DNA of 64,000 bases from Minisyncoccota bacterium (GTDB lineage: Bacteria > Patescibacteriota > Minisyncoccia > Phycocordibacterales > XYD1-FULL-46-19): the NCBI GenBank assembly GCA_041664425.1, contig JBAYKU010000003.1:3373-67372 (forward strand), in the 5' to 3' direction. The notes under the pieces are model-generated. The model made no database searches and was not told the DNA's origin. It saw nothing but the letters and a program-made list of their open reading frames with translations. The position numbers and the translations under genes are program-made. Positions 9,044 through 18,634 of this stretch are shown piece after piece (position 1 is the stretch's first letter; each line of letters starts with the position of its first letter).

Positions 9044-9910
9044 TTACTTTTGACAATTTGCGCAGTATTGGGTACCCCTACCGAGAAGTCTGATTTTTTG
9101 AATTGGTCGTTTGCAGACTTTGCAGGGTTGGCCAGCTCGGCCATAGACCTGGAGATGGGGGACGAAGCCACCCTGACTGCCATCGCTTCTGACGTAGTTG
9201 CGACTAGAGGTGCCGTGTTTACTGATGGAATGTTTGAGGACGGCGATAATCGCTTGGTGTAATTTTTTAGATTCAGGGCCGGTTATTTTGCCAGCGAGTC
9301 GGGTAGGTAAAATCTTGGCAATAAAACAACTTTCGTCAGCGTAGATATTGCCAATACCGGCGATGAGTTTTTGGTCGAGGAGAATTTGTTTGATTGGGCG
9401 ACGTGGATATGTGGAGAGAAGTGATTGAAAATATTTTAAAGAAAAATCTTTAGTCAGTGGTTCGGGCCCATGTTCGGCAAAAAGTTTGGCTACAGTGGCA
9501 TCATCGAGTAATTTAACCCAGCCGAATTTGCGCATGTCATTAAAGAAAAGTTTGGAGCCATCAGAGAAATCAAAAATCAGGCGGGTGAATTTGTTGGGTA
9601 AATTATCTAGTCCGCCAGGTTGAGGATGTCCACCAGAAATTATTTTTCCAGTTTTTGGTTGAAAAATCAGTTGCCCCGTCATTTTGAGATGAACGAGTAG
9701 GTCGAGCGGACCAGTCAATTTTATTCGAATCATTTTGGCGCGACGTTCAATGTCGGTAATTTTTGTATCGCTAATTTTTTTCTGGAAATCAGTAGGGGAA
9801 AGGGGAGCCACAGTTTTAGCCCATAGAATAGTGGCTTTGGTATTTTTTTTACCAACGATAACTTTGTTTAAGTCTTGTCTAATTGTCTCGACTTCGGGTA
9901 ATTCGGGCAT
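9044..9910 (-). CDS. mutM: formamidopyrimidine-DNA glycosylase
   Basis: MPELPEVET N-terminus, HLKMTG, GIGNIYADE, C-terminal zinc finger CKVC..CANCQ. Confidence 0.97.
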   Translation of the reverse strand: MPELPEVETIRQDLNKVIVGKKNTKATILWAKTVAPLSPTDFQKKISDTKITDIERRAKMIRIKLTGPLDLLVHLKMTGQLIFQPKTGKIISGGHPQPGGLDNLPNKFTRLIFDFSDGSKLFFNDMRKFGWVKLLDDATVAKLFAEHGPEPLTKDFSLKYFQSLLSTYPRRPIKQILLDQKLIAGIGNIYADESCFIAKILPTRLAGKITGPESKKLHQAIIAVLKHSISKHGTSSRNYVRSDGSQGGFVPHLQVYGRAGQPCKVCKRPIQKIRLLGRGTQYCANCQK

Positions 9911-9966
9911 AATTAGCTTTTAGGTTATAGCTATCAGCTTTCAGAAAAAAAGCAACACTCGAAAAG

Positions 9967-11265
9967 CTAAAAGCTACCAGCTAAAAGCTTCCTAAGCTCT
10001 TCCCTCACCACTGTCGCATCGTCCCACTCCTGTCGGCTGCCATTTGGCCCCATGATATAAGGGTCAGTGCCTTTGCCGGTGATAATTACCGCCGAGCCTG
10101 GGGTAGCGAGACTGAGGGCCTTGGCAATAGCTTCGCGTCGATCGAAAATTTCTAAATGGTCTTTGGTTATACCCTTGGCGACATCACAGATAATATGATG
10201 AGGGTCTTCGTCGTAAGGGTCTTCGTTGGTGAGGATGATTACGTCGCAGTATTTGTCAGCTACTTGGCCCATTTGCGGTCGCTTCCATTGATCTCGGCCA
10301 CCGCCACAGGAACCGAGGATACAAATTTTATGTTTAACGCCCAGGGCTTCATAGGCTTGGGCGAGGGAATCGGCGGTGTGGGCGTAGTCAACAATGACTT
10401 CGAAATTTTGATGCGGATTGCCTGCCTGCGCAGGCAGGTTTATCGAAACTTTTTCCATCCGGCCCCGAATCTGGTCTAGACTTTCAATGGCTTTTTTAAT
10501 ATCGAGAGCGGATACACCAAAAACTCGAGCCATTTTGGCGGCGCCGAGGATGTTGTAGAGATTAAATTTCCCCGGTAATTTGGTGTTTATTTTTTCGCCA
10601 TCAATCGTTAAGCGTGATTCGTTCTCAGAGATTTCAAAGGGTTCGGCATCGTGGAGAGTAAAAGAAATTTGCTTGGCTGACGGAGCGCGTTGGAAAAATT
10701 TACCCGCTTCAACATCGTCGGCATTGGCGACCAGAGTTTTATTTTTCTTGGAGGATTTTTCTAGCGCGATTGCATATTCCAATTTGGCCTCGAGATATTT
10801 TTCAAAGGAACCGTGTGCTTCGATATGTTCAGGGGAGATGTTGGTAAAAATTAAACCATTAAAATCAATGAACTTATGGCGAAAAGTTTTGGCTCCTTCG
10901 GAAGTGGTTTCGAGAATAGCAAAGTCACAACCAGCCGCTACTGCTTCCCGTAAAAACTTTTGCATGAACATCCTCCCCGGCATACTCATCTTGTAGAGAT
11001 TGCGTCTGATCTTGTCGCCAATTTTAAATTGGAGGGTGGAAGTAGTGGCCACTTTGTAGCCGGCAGTTTCTAGAATCTTGGCCAATATTTCAGTGGTGCT
11101 AGTTTTACCCTTGGTGCCAGTGATGGCGATAACTTTGATTCTCCTAGAAGGGAAGCGGTAAAGAATCGCTCCGGCGAGGGCGAGTAGATAGTGATAGATG
11201 GGCTGGCCGGCGCGGTAAAGTTTTTTAGGAATTAGTTTTTCAATTGAGCGAAGGATTTTTTCCAT
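9967..11265 (-). CDS. murE: Mur ligase, MurE-like
   Basis: ITGTKGKTST P-loop, FTNISPEHI, DYAHTADSL, EDPYDEDP, TGKG. Confidence 0.85.
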   Translation of the reverse strand: MEKILRSIEKLIPKKLYRAGQPIYHYLLALAGAILYRFPSRRIKVIAITGTKGKTSTTEILAKILETAGYKVATTSTLQFKIGDKIRRNLYKMSMPGRMFMQKFLREAVAAGCDFAILETTSEGAKTFRHKFIDFNGLIFTNISPEHIEAHGSFEKYLEAKLEYAIALEKSSKKNKTLVANADDVEAGKFFQRAPSAKQISFTLHDAEPFEISENESRLTIDGEKINTKLPGKFNLYNILGAAKMARVFGVSALDIKKAIESLDQIRGRMEKVSINLPAQAGNPHQNFEVIVDYAHTADSLAQAYEALGVKHKICILGSCGGGRDQWKRPQMGQVADKYCDVIILTNEDPYDEDPHHIICDVAKGITKDHLEIFDRREAIAKALSLATPGSAVIITGKGTDPYIMGPNGSRQEWDDATVVREELRKLLAGSF

Positions 11266-11267
11266 GA

Positions 11268-11840
11268 TTAATGATTTAAATTTTTAAGAGCAAATTTTAT
11301 TTTTTCTCCCGTATCAGTGATTTCGGCTGGAATTTTCTTGAGAGTGTCACGAATATCACGTTCGACATAGCCCATAGCTTGGAGGGCGAGGATGGTATCA
11401 GTATCCTGGCGAATATCGCTAATCTCGGTGTGACTTTCCAGATGTTCAACTTTATCTTTTAGCTCAAGGACAATTTTTTCGGCGAGTTTGCGACCAATAC
11501 CAGAAACTTTAATTAGATAGTCAGTGTTGTTCCCGCTAATCGCTTGGATCAAAGTGTTTGGGGTGGCCAGGGTGAGAACAGATAGGGCGCTTTTTGGTCC
11601 GACCCCCGAGACACCCAATAAAAGCTCAAAGAAGCCCAGCTCTTCTTTGGTGGCAAAACCATATAAGTCCAAAGCATCTTCACGGACGACGAGGTGTGTT
11701 TGCATGACCGCTTCTTGGTTTTTGATCAAATTATGTTTGGTCTCAGGAGTGGTAAAAACCTTATAGCCAACACCGCCGACATCAAAAATGATGAATTTTT
11801 CTCCCGAATCACTCAATTTTCCTCGCAATTGTCCAATCAT
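11268..11840 (-). CDS. ruvA: Holliday junction branch migration protein RuvA
   Basis: MIGQLRG, VGGVGY, VREDALDLYGF, VSGVGPKSAL, GIGRKLAEKIVLELKDK. Confidence 0.97.
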   Translation of the reverse strand: MIGQLRGKLSDSGEKFIIFDVGGVGYKVFTTPETKHNLIKNQEAVMQTHLVVREDALDLYGFATKEELGFFELLLGVSGVGPKSALSVLTLATPNTLIQAISGNNTDYLIKVSGIGRKLAEKIVLELKDKVEHLESHTEISDIRQDTDTILALQAMGYVERDIRDTLKKIPAEITDTGEKIKFALKNLNH

Positions 11841-11924
11841 AACCTAATCATACCTTATAAATGTCTTCTGTAAAAACGTCACCCAACCCTTGCTTTTTTG
11901 ATTAATCTGGGTTATCTTATCGTC

Positions 11925-12188
11925 ATGCCTATAATCAAATCAGCTAAAAAAGCCCTCCGCAGCTCTACTAAAAAGCGCGTCTTCAATGATCGTCGCCGTA
12001 AGGCTATGCGCGAAGCTGTCAAAGATATTAAAAAATTAGTTTTGGCCAAGACTCCAGCCGAAGCCCAAAAGAAGCTCAGTGATGCTTACCAAGCCATCGA
12101 CAAGGCTGCCAAGCGGGGAGTGATCAAGAAAAATGCCGCCAACCGCAAGAAATCTCGATTAGTTAAAATGATTAAGAAAGCCTCTTAA
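11925..12188 (+). CDS. rpsT: 30S ribosomal protein S20
   Basis: MPIIKSAKKALR...IDKAAKRGVIKKNAANRKKSRL. Confidence 0.97.
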   Translation: MPIIKSAKKALRSSTKKRVFNDRRRKAMREAVKDIKKLVLAKTPAEAQKKLSDAYQAIDKAAKRGVIKKNAANRKKSRLVKMIKKAS

Positions 12189-12198
12189 AAACAAAAAC

Positions 12199-12227
12199 AA
12201 AAAAACCGCCCTTGGGCGGTTTTTTTT
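12199..12227. terminator. bidirectional intrinsic terminator
   Basis: A-tract-CCGCCC TT GGGCGG-T-tract. Confidence 0.8.
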
Positions 12228-12406
12228 GGTGCTCCTTGCAGGAATCTTCCGCGACTCAAAACTCGCCGTCGCTTGTTTTGGTCGTGTCCGCAGCTCGCGA
12301 TTCGGCCTGCTGGCCTAATAACGCTCCGCTTTTCGATTCCTAGTGTAAGTAAAATTATTTACTTACTCCGGGAACAAAAAAAACGGCCAAAGCCGTCTTT
12401 TTTTTG

Positions 12407-12478
12407 TGCTCCCGGTAGGAATCGAACCTACATTACAAGCTCCGCAAGCTAGCGTTCTATCCATTAAACTACGGGAGC
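12407..12478 (-). tRNA. tRNA-Arg(GCG)
   Basis: Minus strand GCTCCCGTAGTTTAATGGATAGAACGCTAGCTTGCGGAGCTTGTAATGTAGGTTCGATTCCTACCGGGAGCA; anticodon GCG. Confidence 0.92.
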
Positions 12479-12508
12479 AATTACGCTCTGTACCCTAACA
12501 CATTATTT

Positions 12509-12985
12509 CTAAAAACCAAAATATTCGCTGACCTTATCTATAGCTGTTTCCTTTGGTTTTAATTCTGGTAGAAATTTAGCCAAAGTTCTTTGGACTTCCG
12601 CTGGGTCAATTTCATAAAAATAAATATGAATATATGGAAAAATCAGCCGGCCGGAATGGAGAATTAAAACATCAATATCTTTATTGTCTTCTACCCAAAA
12701 AGATTTAACTGATTCGTAAGAATAAAAATTATTACCTACTAAAATTCCTTTATCAGAAATTTCTATTTCTGGCCAATTGGGTTCGCGTTTTTCTAGAGTA
12801 ATAATTGAATAGGCTCCAAGTAAAACAATCAGTGCAAAAAGAAAATTTTTAAAAATAATAGCCAGAATTATTACAATAAAAGCCAAAATGCCTACCATCC
12901 AAGACCAGTCTGGGTGACGTTTCGTCTGGTTATATTCGGGCGCTTGCCAACGGAGAAATATTTGTTTTTTAGGATTAGCCGGCAT
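12509..12985 (-). CDS. conserved hypothetical membrane protein (two TM helices plus soluble domain)
   Basis: WQAPEY..DWSW, hydrophobic hairpin, C-terminal ..DKVSEYFGF; ATG at 12985 preferred. Confidence 0.75.
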   Translation of the reverse strand: MPANPKKQIFLRWQAPEYNQTKRHPDWSWMVGILAFIVIILAIIFKNFLFALIVLLGAYSIITLEKREPNWPEIEISDKGILVGNNFYSYESVKSFWVEDNKDIDVLILHSGRLIFPYIHIYFYEIDPAEVQRTLAKFLPELKPKETAIDKVSEYFGF

Positions 12986-13105
12986 TGCTATGATTATATC
13001 AGTTTGTGGTTTAGCCCCCAAATTAATTTATGCACTTCTTATGCACCCTTTTGCTTTTTGACAGCTTGTTGACCTAATAAAAGAGAGTACCATCGTTAGT
13101 AATTA

Positions 13106-13726
13106 ATGACCTCGAGGCCTATGGAGTTCGACACAGACAAAAATCTAGTCGAAAAAGCCAAGGCTGACCGCAAAGCCTTTGCTTTGCTTTACCAAAAATA
13201 TTCAGAGAAAATTTTTAATTATTTTTGGTATCGTCTTAATCACGACACCGAGGTAGCTCAAGATTTAATGCAAGATGTTTTTTTGCGTGCCTTTAATAGC
13301 CTACATGCTTTTAAGGAAGAGAGTTATTCTTATCTAACTTATTTATTAAAAATTTCTCATAATCTTTTAGTAGACTATTATAAAAAACCCAAAAATGTTT
13401 CTCTAGAGAGTTTGGAGGTTGATATACCAGAAGATGTTCCAGAGGAGGTGATTTTACACCTGGAAGATGAACAGAAAGAAAAGGCTAAAAGTCTGTGGCG
13501 AGATGTTCAGAACTTGCCACTACACGATAGAGATGTTCTGCTTTTGCATTATCGAAAGAATCTTAAGATATCTGAGATTGCTAAAATTAAGGGTCGATCA
13601 GAAAATGCTATAAAGTTAGCCCTTTCTCGAGCCAGAAAAAAATTAAAAGTTTTGCACGATTTAGAGAATCTACCTCATTTTGGTAATAAAAAACTAAGCC
13701 CGACAAAGAGAAAATTTATTTTTTGA
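13106..13726 (+). CDS. ECF-family RNA polymerase sigma factor
   Basis: AQDLMQDVFLRAF (region 2), HNLLVDYYKK, EIAKIKGRSENAIKLALSRARKKL (region 4). Confidence 0.93.
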   Translation: MTSRPMEFDTDKNLVEKAKADRKAFALLYQKYSEKIFNYFWYRLNHDTEVAQDLMQDVFLRAFNSLHAFKEESYSYLTYLLKISHNLLVDYYKKPKNVSLESLEVDIPEDVPEEVILHLEDEQKEKAKSLWRDVQNLPLHDRDVLLLHYRKNLKISEIAKIKGRSENAIKLALSRARKKLKVLHDLENLPHFGNKKLSPTKRKFIF

Positions 13727-13987
13727 ACAGTTATGACACCTTTGTTTTTCTTGTTCGTTATAGAGGTTGTCAGGAGTGATGGCGCTCCACTACAACTAAA
13801 TAGCTTTGCGCAGACTTTGGCTTACTATATGTAGCAAAAGTAATATGGATAGATGGGTATCTATCTTGCCCAGGGGCAACAAAGATCAGTCGCTTCTGGT
13901 GGTGTGGGGGCCACATAAGGCATGGGGGGTATGTTCCTTTCACCAAAAAAGCGCCCTGAAGAGGGGCGCTTTTTGGACGGTGTTTTT

Positions 13988-15388
13988 TTAAAATTTATTC
14001 TGTTCTTCCTTGCCCTTTTTTAGACCCAATATTTCTCCTAGGGGGTAGAGATGAGAGCTAATTGTTTCGCCAATAGCTAATTCTTTAAAATAGAGAAGGG
14101 GGTTTTCTTTGGTAGGATATTTATCGGAGAGAACCTCTTTGATTGATGGGAGGATTAAAGAAACAAAAACCGATCTAACTATCGCCGATAAAATAAAAGC
14201 CAAAAAAAGGATATTGAAGCTTTTAAAATCAATATATTTTACGATCAATCCTCCCAGTCCAGCCCCAAGAAAAACCCCGAGACCACTGAGAACATTTTGG
14301 TAGGCAACACAGATAGCTCGGCGTTCTGGGGTGACCGAATCGTAGATAAAATTGCTGGCAGCCAGAGAGAAAGCGGCCCACCCAACACCGGTGACTAATT
14401 GTGGAACAAAAATTAAGTAAAAGGGGTTGGCAGAAAATAGCCAGAGAACTGAGGCTGGGATGATGATGAGACTGCCAATTTTTAATAATTCGCGATTACC
14501 GTAGCGATCGGCAAACTTACCCCACATCGGCATAAACAGGAGAGTAAATAAACTACCAGAGATGCTAATGATGGTATACCAGATTGGGTTGAGGGCGAGA
14601 TCGCGCCACATATAAATAGCAAAGAACGGCCCAGAGATATTCATGGCTAGATTGATGGCGGCAACATAGATAGCAAAACGGCCGAAATTATTTGATGGTG
14701 CTTTGCGAATAAATTGCCAGAGAGAGAAAAAATAGTTTTCTGGCAAACTCATTTTTTCTTCATGATGTTTACTTAAAAAGAAGGCTGAAAAATAGCGGGC
14801 GATACCAGCAATAATAAACAGAGAAATAAAAGCTAGAATCAGCCACTGATTTTCCTTGGCATAAAAAAGTAGGAGGGAAGCGAGGAGGGTGGCAGAAATG
14901 TTAACCGCAATATTTATTTTGTTGCGATTAGAAAAATAAGCGCCACGAATATTTTCTGGCACGGCATCGCCGAGGAGAGAAAACCAAGCTGGTCCGCCGA
15001 GTGACCCGGCCAGGGCATAAATAATATAGGCTAAAATCAGTAGGGGGATTAAAAGATAACTTTGGCCGTAAAAATAAAACCACCCACCCAGTGAGGCAAA
15101 GATGAACCACACGGAAGCGTGCAAAATGACCGAGGTGACGACAATCGACCGGCGAGAAAATTTTTCAATTAGACGACTACCACCGAGCTGAGCAATGGGG
15201 CCAATAAGACTGGCGAGGCCAGAGAGGAGGCTGATTTGAAAATTGGAAGCTTTTAGTTCGAGGGCAAAAGGGGTGATATAAGACTCGCCAGCTCCACCGG
15301 TGATCGAAGCCGCCATCCCTTCCTTGATTGAAAGTTTTCTGGTGCGAGCGTATTTTTGGTCGAGAGTGAGATTATTTTGTTCAGACAT
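13988..15388 (-). CDS. MFS transporter
   Basis: About 12 hydrophobic segments; WGKFADRYGNR motif A. Confidence 0.9.
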   Translation of the reverse strand: MSEQNNLTLDQKYARTRKLSIKEGMAASITGGAGESYITPFALELKASNFQISLLSGLASLIGPIAQLGGSRLIEKFSRRSIVVTSVILHASVWFIFASLGGWFYFYGQSYLLIPLLILAYIIYALAGSLGGPAWFSLLGDAVPENIRGAYFSNRNKINIAVNISATLLASLLLFYAKENQWLILAFISLFIIAGIARYFSAFFLSKHHEEKMSLPENYFFSLWQFIRKAPSNNFGRFAIYVAAINLAMNISGPFFAIYMWRDLALNPIWYTIISISGSLFTLLFMPMWGKFADRYGNRELLKIGSLIIIPASVLWLFSANPFYLIFVPQLVTGVGWAAFSLAASNFIYDSVTPERRAICVAYQNVLSGLGVFLGAGLGGLIVKYIDFKSFNILFLAFILSAIVRSVFVSLILPSIKEVLSDKYPTKENPLLYFKELAIGETISSHLYPLGEILGLKKGKEEQNKF

Positions 15389-15682
15389 TAGTTTAATCCT
15401 AACAGAAAATTGTCAGGGTGATAAATGTTAATTTGTTGATTTTAGGCTGTTTTTTGGCTAGGATGAGGGTTGGTGTGAAAACAGAGGTTAAATCATCCTT
15501 TTGTACTTTTAATTCCCAAACTTTTTACTCGGCACACCCTTTTTAGGGTACGGATTTTTCGAAGCTTAAAAAATCCTGAAGTTTTCGCGCCGGTCGCGCT
15601 CCAAACCCCCTAAAAAGGGTGAGCCTTCGACAAGTTTTGAAATTAAAATAATGATTGTATGATTTCCAGATAATTTTCACTG

Positions 15683-15772
15683 GGAGAGATGTCCGAGAGG
15701 TTTAAGGAGACGGTCTTGAAAACCGTTAGGCTCGAAAGGGTCTCGTGGGTTCGAATCCCACTCTCTCCGCCA
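15683..15772 (+). tRNA. tRNA-Ser(UGA)
   Basis: GGAGAGA/TCTCTCC acceptor, anticodon loop CTTGAAA, long variable arm, encoded CCA. Confidence 0.96.
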
Positions 15773-15817
15773 GATTACCAAGTTTGAACAGGAGTATAAT
15801 AAGGGTTCTTTGGTAAA

Positions 15818-16666
15818 ATGAAGATCATGTCAAAATTATTAACCAAAAAAGAAGCTGTTAAATTTCTTGGTCTCGATGACAAGACTTTTGATAACTACTT
15901 CAAAAGTGCGGCTGAATTTCCATGCGTCGATAGAAACGGTGGCAGAGGCCGCTTTTACTTTGAGGAAGACGTGTTGCGAAAATGGAAGGACAATTTGGCA
16001 TGGAGAACTGTTGATCTAAATAAAGAGGACTATGCCTTGTGTTTAGATTTTGCACTCGCACAACACTTTCGCAACTATGTGCAATCAGATTTTGGTACTG
16101 GGCGACAAAGGGAGTTTGGACAAAAAATAACAAATTGGGTCAAAGGACAGCTTGGAGAAGTTGCCGTAAAGAAATTTCTGAAAAGAGAGTTTAATGTAGA
16201 TGTTGAACTTGATTTTAATATTCGCGATAAAATTGTTTTGCAAGATATTACGGCTGTTAAGGAAAATGGAAAAATGAGAACGCCCAAAATTGGCATTGGT
16301 ATAAAGTCGTCTAAACCTAAAAGTGCTTTTTTGGTACTCGGAGAAAATGAAATAAAAATAAAAGAACGCAGATCAGATATTTATATCTACTGTCGCCCAG
16401 ATATTCCCGATGACCATCTTTTAAGACTCACAAAAGAGGAAGTGAATGAAGTTGTAAAAGATAAACCTCATTATTCAAAATATAAAGATTTAATGCCCGA
16501 CTTTATAAACATACCCTGTGAGGTTGTTGGTTGGTGTCGTTACACTGACTTAAGAGAAACAAAATCAATCCCCGGACAAGAATTTGACGGCGTCCGATTT
16601 GTTAAAGAGTCGGGTCTCTTGAGAAAATCGAAGAAAGATTGGGAAGAGCTTATAAGGCAACTGTAG
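15818..16666 (+). CDS. putative type II restriction endonuclease with N-terminal HTH
   Basis: N-terminal LLTKKEAVKFLG..TFDNY (excisionase-like HTH); GQLGEVAV..QD..IGIKSSK resembles a PD-(D/E)xK variant; convergent with and overlapping a C5 methyltransferase. Confidence 0.6.
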   Translation: MKIMSKLLTKKEAVKFLGLDDKTFDNYFKSAAEFPCVDRNGGRGRFYFEEDVLRKWKDNLAWRTVDLNKEDYALCLDFALAQHFRNYVQSDFGTGRQREFGQKITNWVKGQLGEVAVKKFLKREFNVDVELDFNIRDKIVLQDITAVKENGKMRTPKIGIGIKSSKPKSAFLVLGENEIKIKERRSDIYIYCRPDIPDDHLLRLTKEEVNEVVKDKPHYSKYKDLMPDFINIPCEVVGWCRYTDLRETKSIPGQEFDGVRFVKESGLLRKSKKDWEELIRQL

Positions 16667-17795
16667 CTCCAGCTTCTACTTTATCGAACAGGCTCGCTAT
16701 CTCTTGTGCGTTGGCTTCTCCATTGGTTATTTTTGAGTCAACAAACTCATAAGGTATTCCTGCAAAAGTTTTTAGCACGGCAGAAATGACTGCCTGTGCT
16801 CCAACAGGGGGTACAGCCATTCCGATTTGTTTTCTTGCGCTTTCCTTTGAGCCCTCAAATATAAAGTTGTCGGGAAAAGATTGTAGTCGTGCTCTTTCTC
16901 GGTTTGTAAGAGCGCGATGTTCTGACCAGTGGTAAACATGCGTTCCACCCCCTCCGCTTCCGGTGATCGTATAGGAGGGTTTTTTAGGGTCTAATCTTTT
17001 ATAAATCTGGCTCATGCGAGCACCTTTCACATTCAATCTTAAATGCTGTGGAATTCCCTCGTACCAAGCATTTTCTCCCGCAGGGATATGTTTTAGTCGC
17101 TCAACAACGCCCGCAGATTGCTTGGTAAGTTCGTGATTTTGTGCGCCATCTGGTATTCGTGGGTTTTCTATTGCTTCGCGCGCACTTACATAATTATATT
17201 TTGTAGTTGGGGCAGGAACTCTAAACTTCAAGCCTAAATCTTTTCTTATACCGATGATAACAATTCGGTGTCTTTGTTGTGGTACTCCATATTCTTCAAA
17301 CTTATACAAGTGAGGGGTGAGAATATATCCCTTACCTGCCTCGCCCAAGTCTTTCAAAATTTGTTTAAAAGCGTTTCCACCATTTGCACTCTGTAAACCG
17401 CTAACATTTTCTGCAATGAACCATTTTGGATTATGTGTATTTATAGCCCTGACCCCATGAGAGTAGAGGGGGCCAAATTTTCCATCAAATCCTTTTTGTT
17501 CCCCAACAACACTAAAGTCATTACAAGGGAATCCGAAAGCAAGCACATCAAATTTTGGTACCTTTTTAAAGTCTACTTCTTGAACAGGGGCACAAACGAC
17601 ATTTTCCTCGCTTCCATTATGAATATTACGAGCATATGTTTTGCAGGTATCGACGTCGTAATCATTTGCCCAAACAGGTTCAATACCATAGGTAGTGTCT
17701 TTGTTTTCAGCAAAGGATCCGATTGCACCGAGAGCAAGCCCACCGGGACCGGAAAATAGTTCTGCTAACTTAAATTTTATTTCTTTTTTTTTCAT
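16650..17795 (-). CDS. DNA (cytosine-5) methyltransferase
   Basis: LFSGPGG (I), GFPCNDFS (IV), AENVSG (VI), PQQRHR (VIII), RERARLQSFPD (IX), QIGMAVPP (X). Confidence 0.96.
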   Translation of the reverse strand: MKKKEIKFKLAELFSGPGGLALGAIGSFAENKDTTYGIEPVWANDYDVDTCKTYARNIHNGSEENVVCAPVQEVDFKKVPKFDVLAFGFPCNDFSVVGEQKGFDGKFGPLYSHGVRAINTHNPKWFIAENVSGLQSANGGNAFKQILKDLGEAGKGYILTPHLYKFEEYGVPQQRHRIVIIGIRKDLGLKFRVPAPTTKYNYVSAREAIENPRIPDGAQNHELTKQSAGVVERLKHIPAGENAWYEGIPQHLRLNVKGARMSQIYKRLDPKKPSYTITGSGGGGTHVYHWSEHRALTNRERARLQSFPDNFIFEGSKESARKQIGMAVPPVGAQAVISAVLKTFAGIPYEFVDSKITNGEANAQEIASLFDKVEAGATVAL

Positions 17796-17821
17796 AAAAT
17801 CTATAATTCTATTTTAGCATG

Positions 17822-18454
17822 TTATTGCCCGATGTTCTTTATAATCTCAACAACCTTGCCACTAATTTTAAAATCATCGTTTTCGTGAATGAAGATTGGT
17901 GAGTATTCCCGTGTTGATTCTGATAAAAGAGCAATTCTAGAATGGTTTTTATCTAAACGATATTTTTTTATATTAGCCATACCATCAATAACCGATACAA
18001 TATAATCGCCATCACGTGGTGATGTATTTTCGCTATCTACAATAACAAAATCTCCACTCTCTACATTTTTGCCACCAATGTTTGCTTTATTAAGGGAGTT
18101 TCCCTCCGCTCTTAAAGCAAAAACACTTTTTTTGTTTGGAGCAAGTCGTTTGGATATTTTTAAGTATCCCTCAATATTTTTATCAGCGTAAATGGTCGCC
18201 GGGCCACAATTAGCGGCACCGACTATTGGAATTGAAACAAAAATATCTCCAGCCTTTGCTTTGTTGCTAATTCTGCTAATTTTTTTATTTTTTCTATCAA
18301 TCAAAATAAAACCCTTTCGTTCCAGTTGGGAAAGGTGGTGTTTAACTTTTTGGGGGAGTTTTTCTCCTATCAATTCGCCGACTTGGCGTAGCGTAAGACC
18401 ACCCACATTTTTATCATCGATCACTTTGAGTAGTTTTTCTTGTATTGTGTGCAT
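17822..18454 (-). CDS. LexA-like repressor (wHTH + S24 peptidase)
   Basis: TLRQVGELIG..VKHHLSQLERKGFI HTH; IPIVGAANCG cleavage region; GNSL Ser and IKKY Lys dyad. Confidence 0.88.
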   Translation of the reverse strand: MHTIQEKLLKVIDDKNVGGLTLRQVGELIGEKLPQKVKHHLSQLERKGFILIDRKNKKISRISNKAKAGDIFVSIPIVGAANCGPATIYADKNIEGYLKISKRLAPNKKSVFALRAEGNSLNKANIGGKNVESGDFVIVDSENTSPRDGDYIVSVIDGMANIKKYRLDKNHSRIALLSESTREYSPIFIHENDDFKISGKVVEIIKNIGQ

Positions 18455-18634
18455 ATTGGTATTATAGTGCAGGTGTCAAAGATATGCAAAAAGTTATCCA
18501 CAAGCAATTAACATATGACAGAGTTGACAGTAAGGGCTGGTGCCGCTTAAAATAGAGGTATCCTGATGGTCTCAAACCATTGAAGTCGACAGGAAAGAAA
18601 CTATTATCAATTAAAGCAGTCGATCTGAACAATT

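Noticed and set aside
12228-12246. attR of an integrated element at tRNA-Arg
   Set aside because: Only about 160 nt from the tRNA, degenerate, with no cargo or integrase; reported as a tRNA-fragment array instead.
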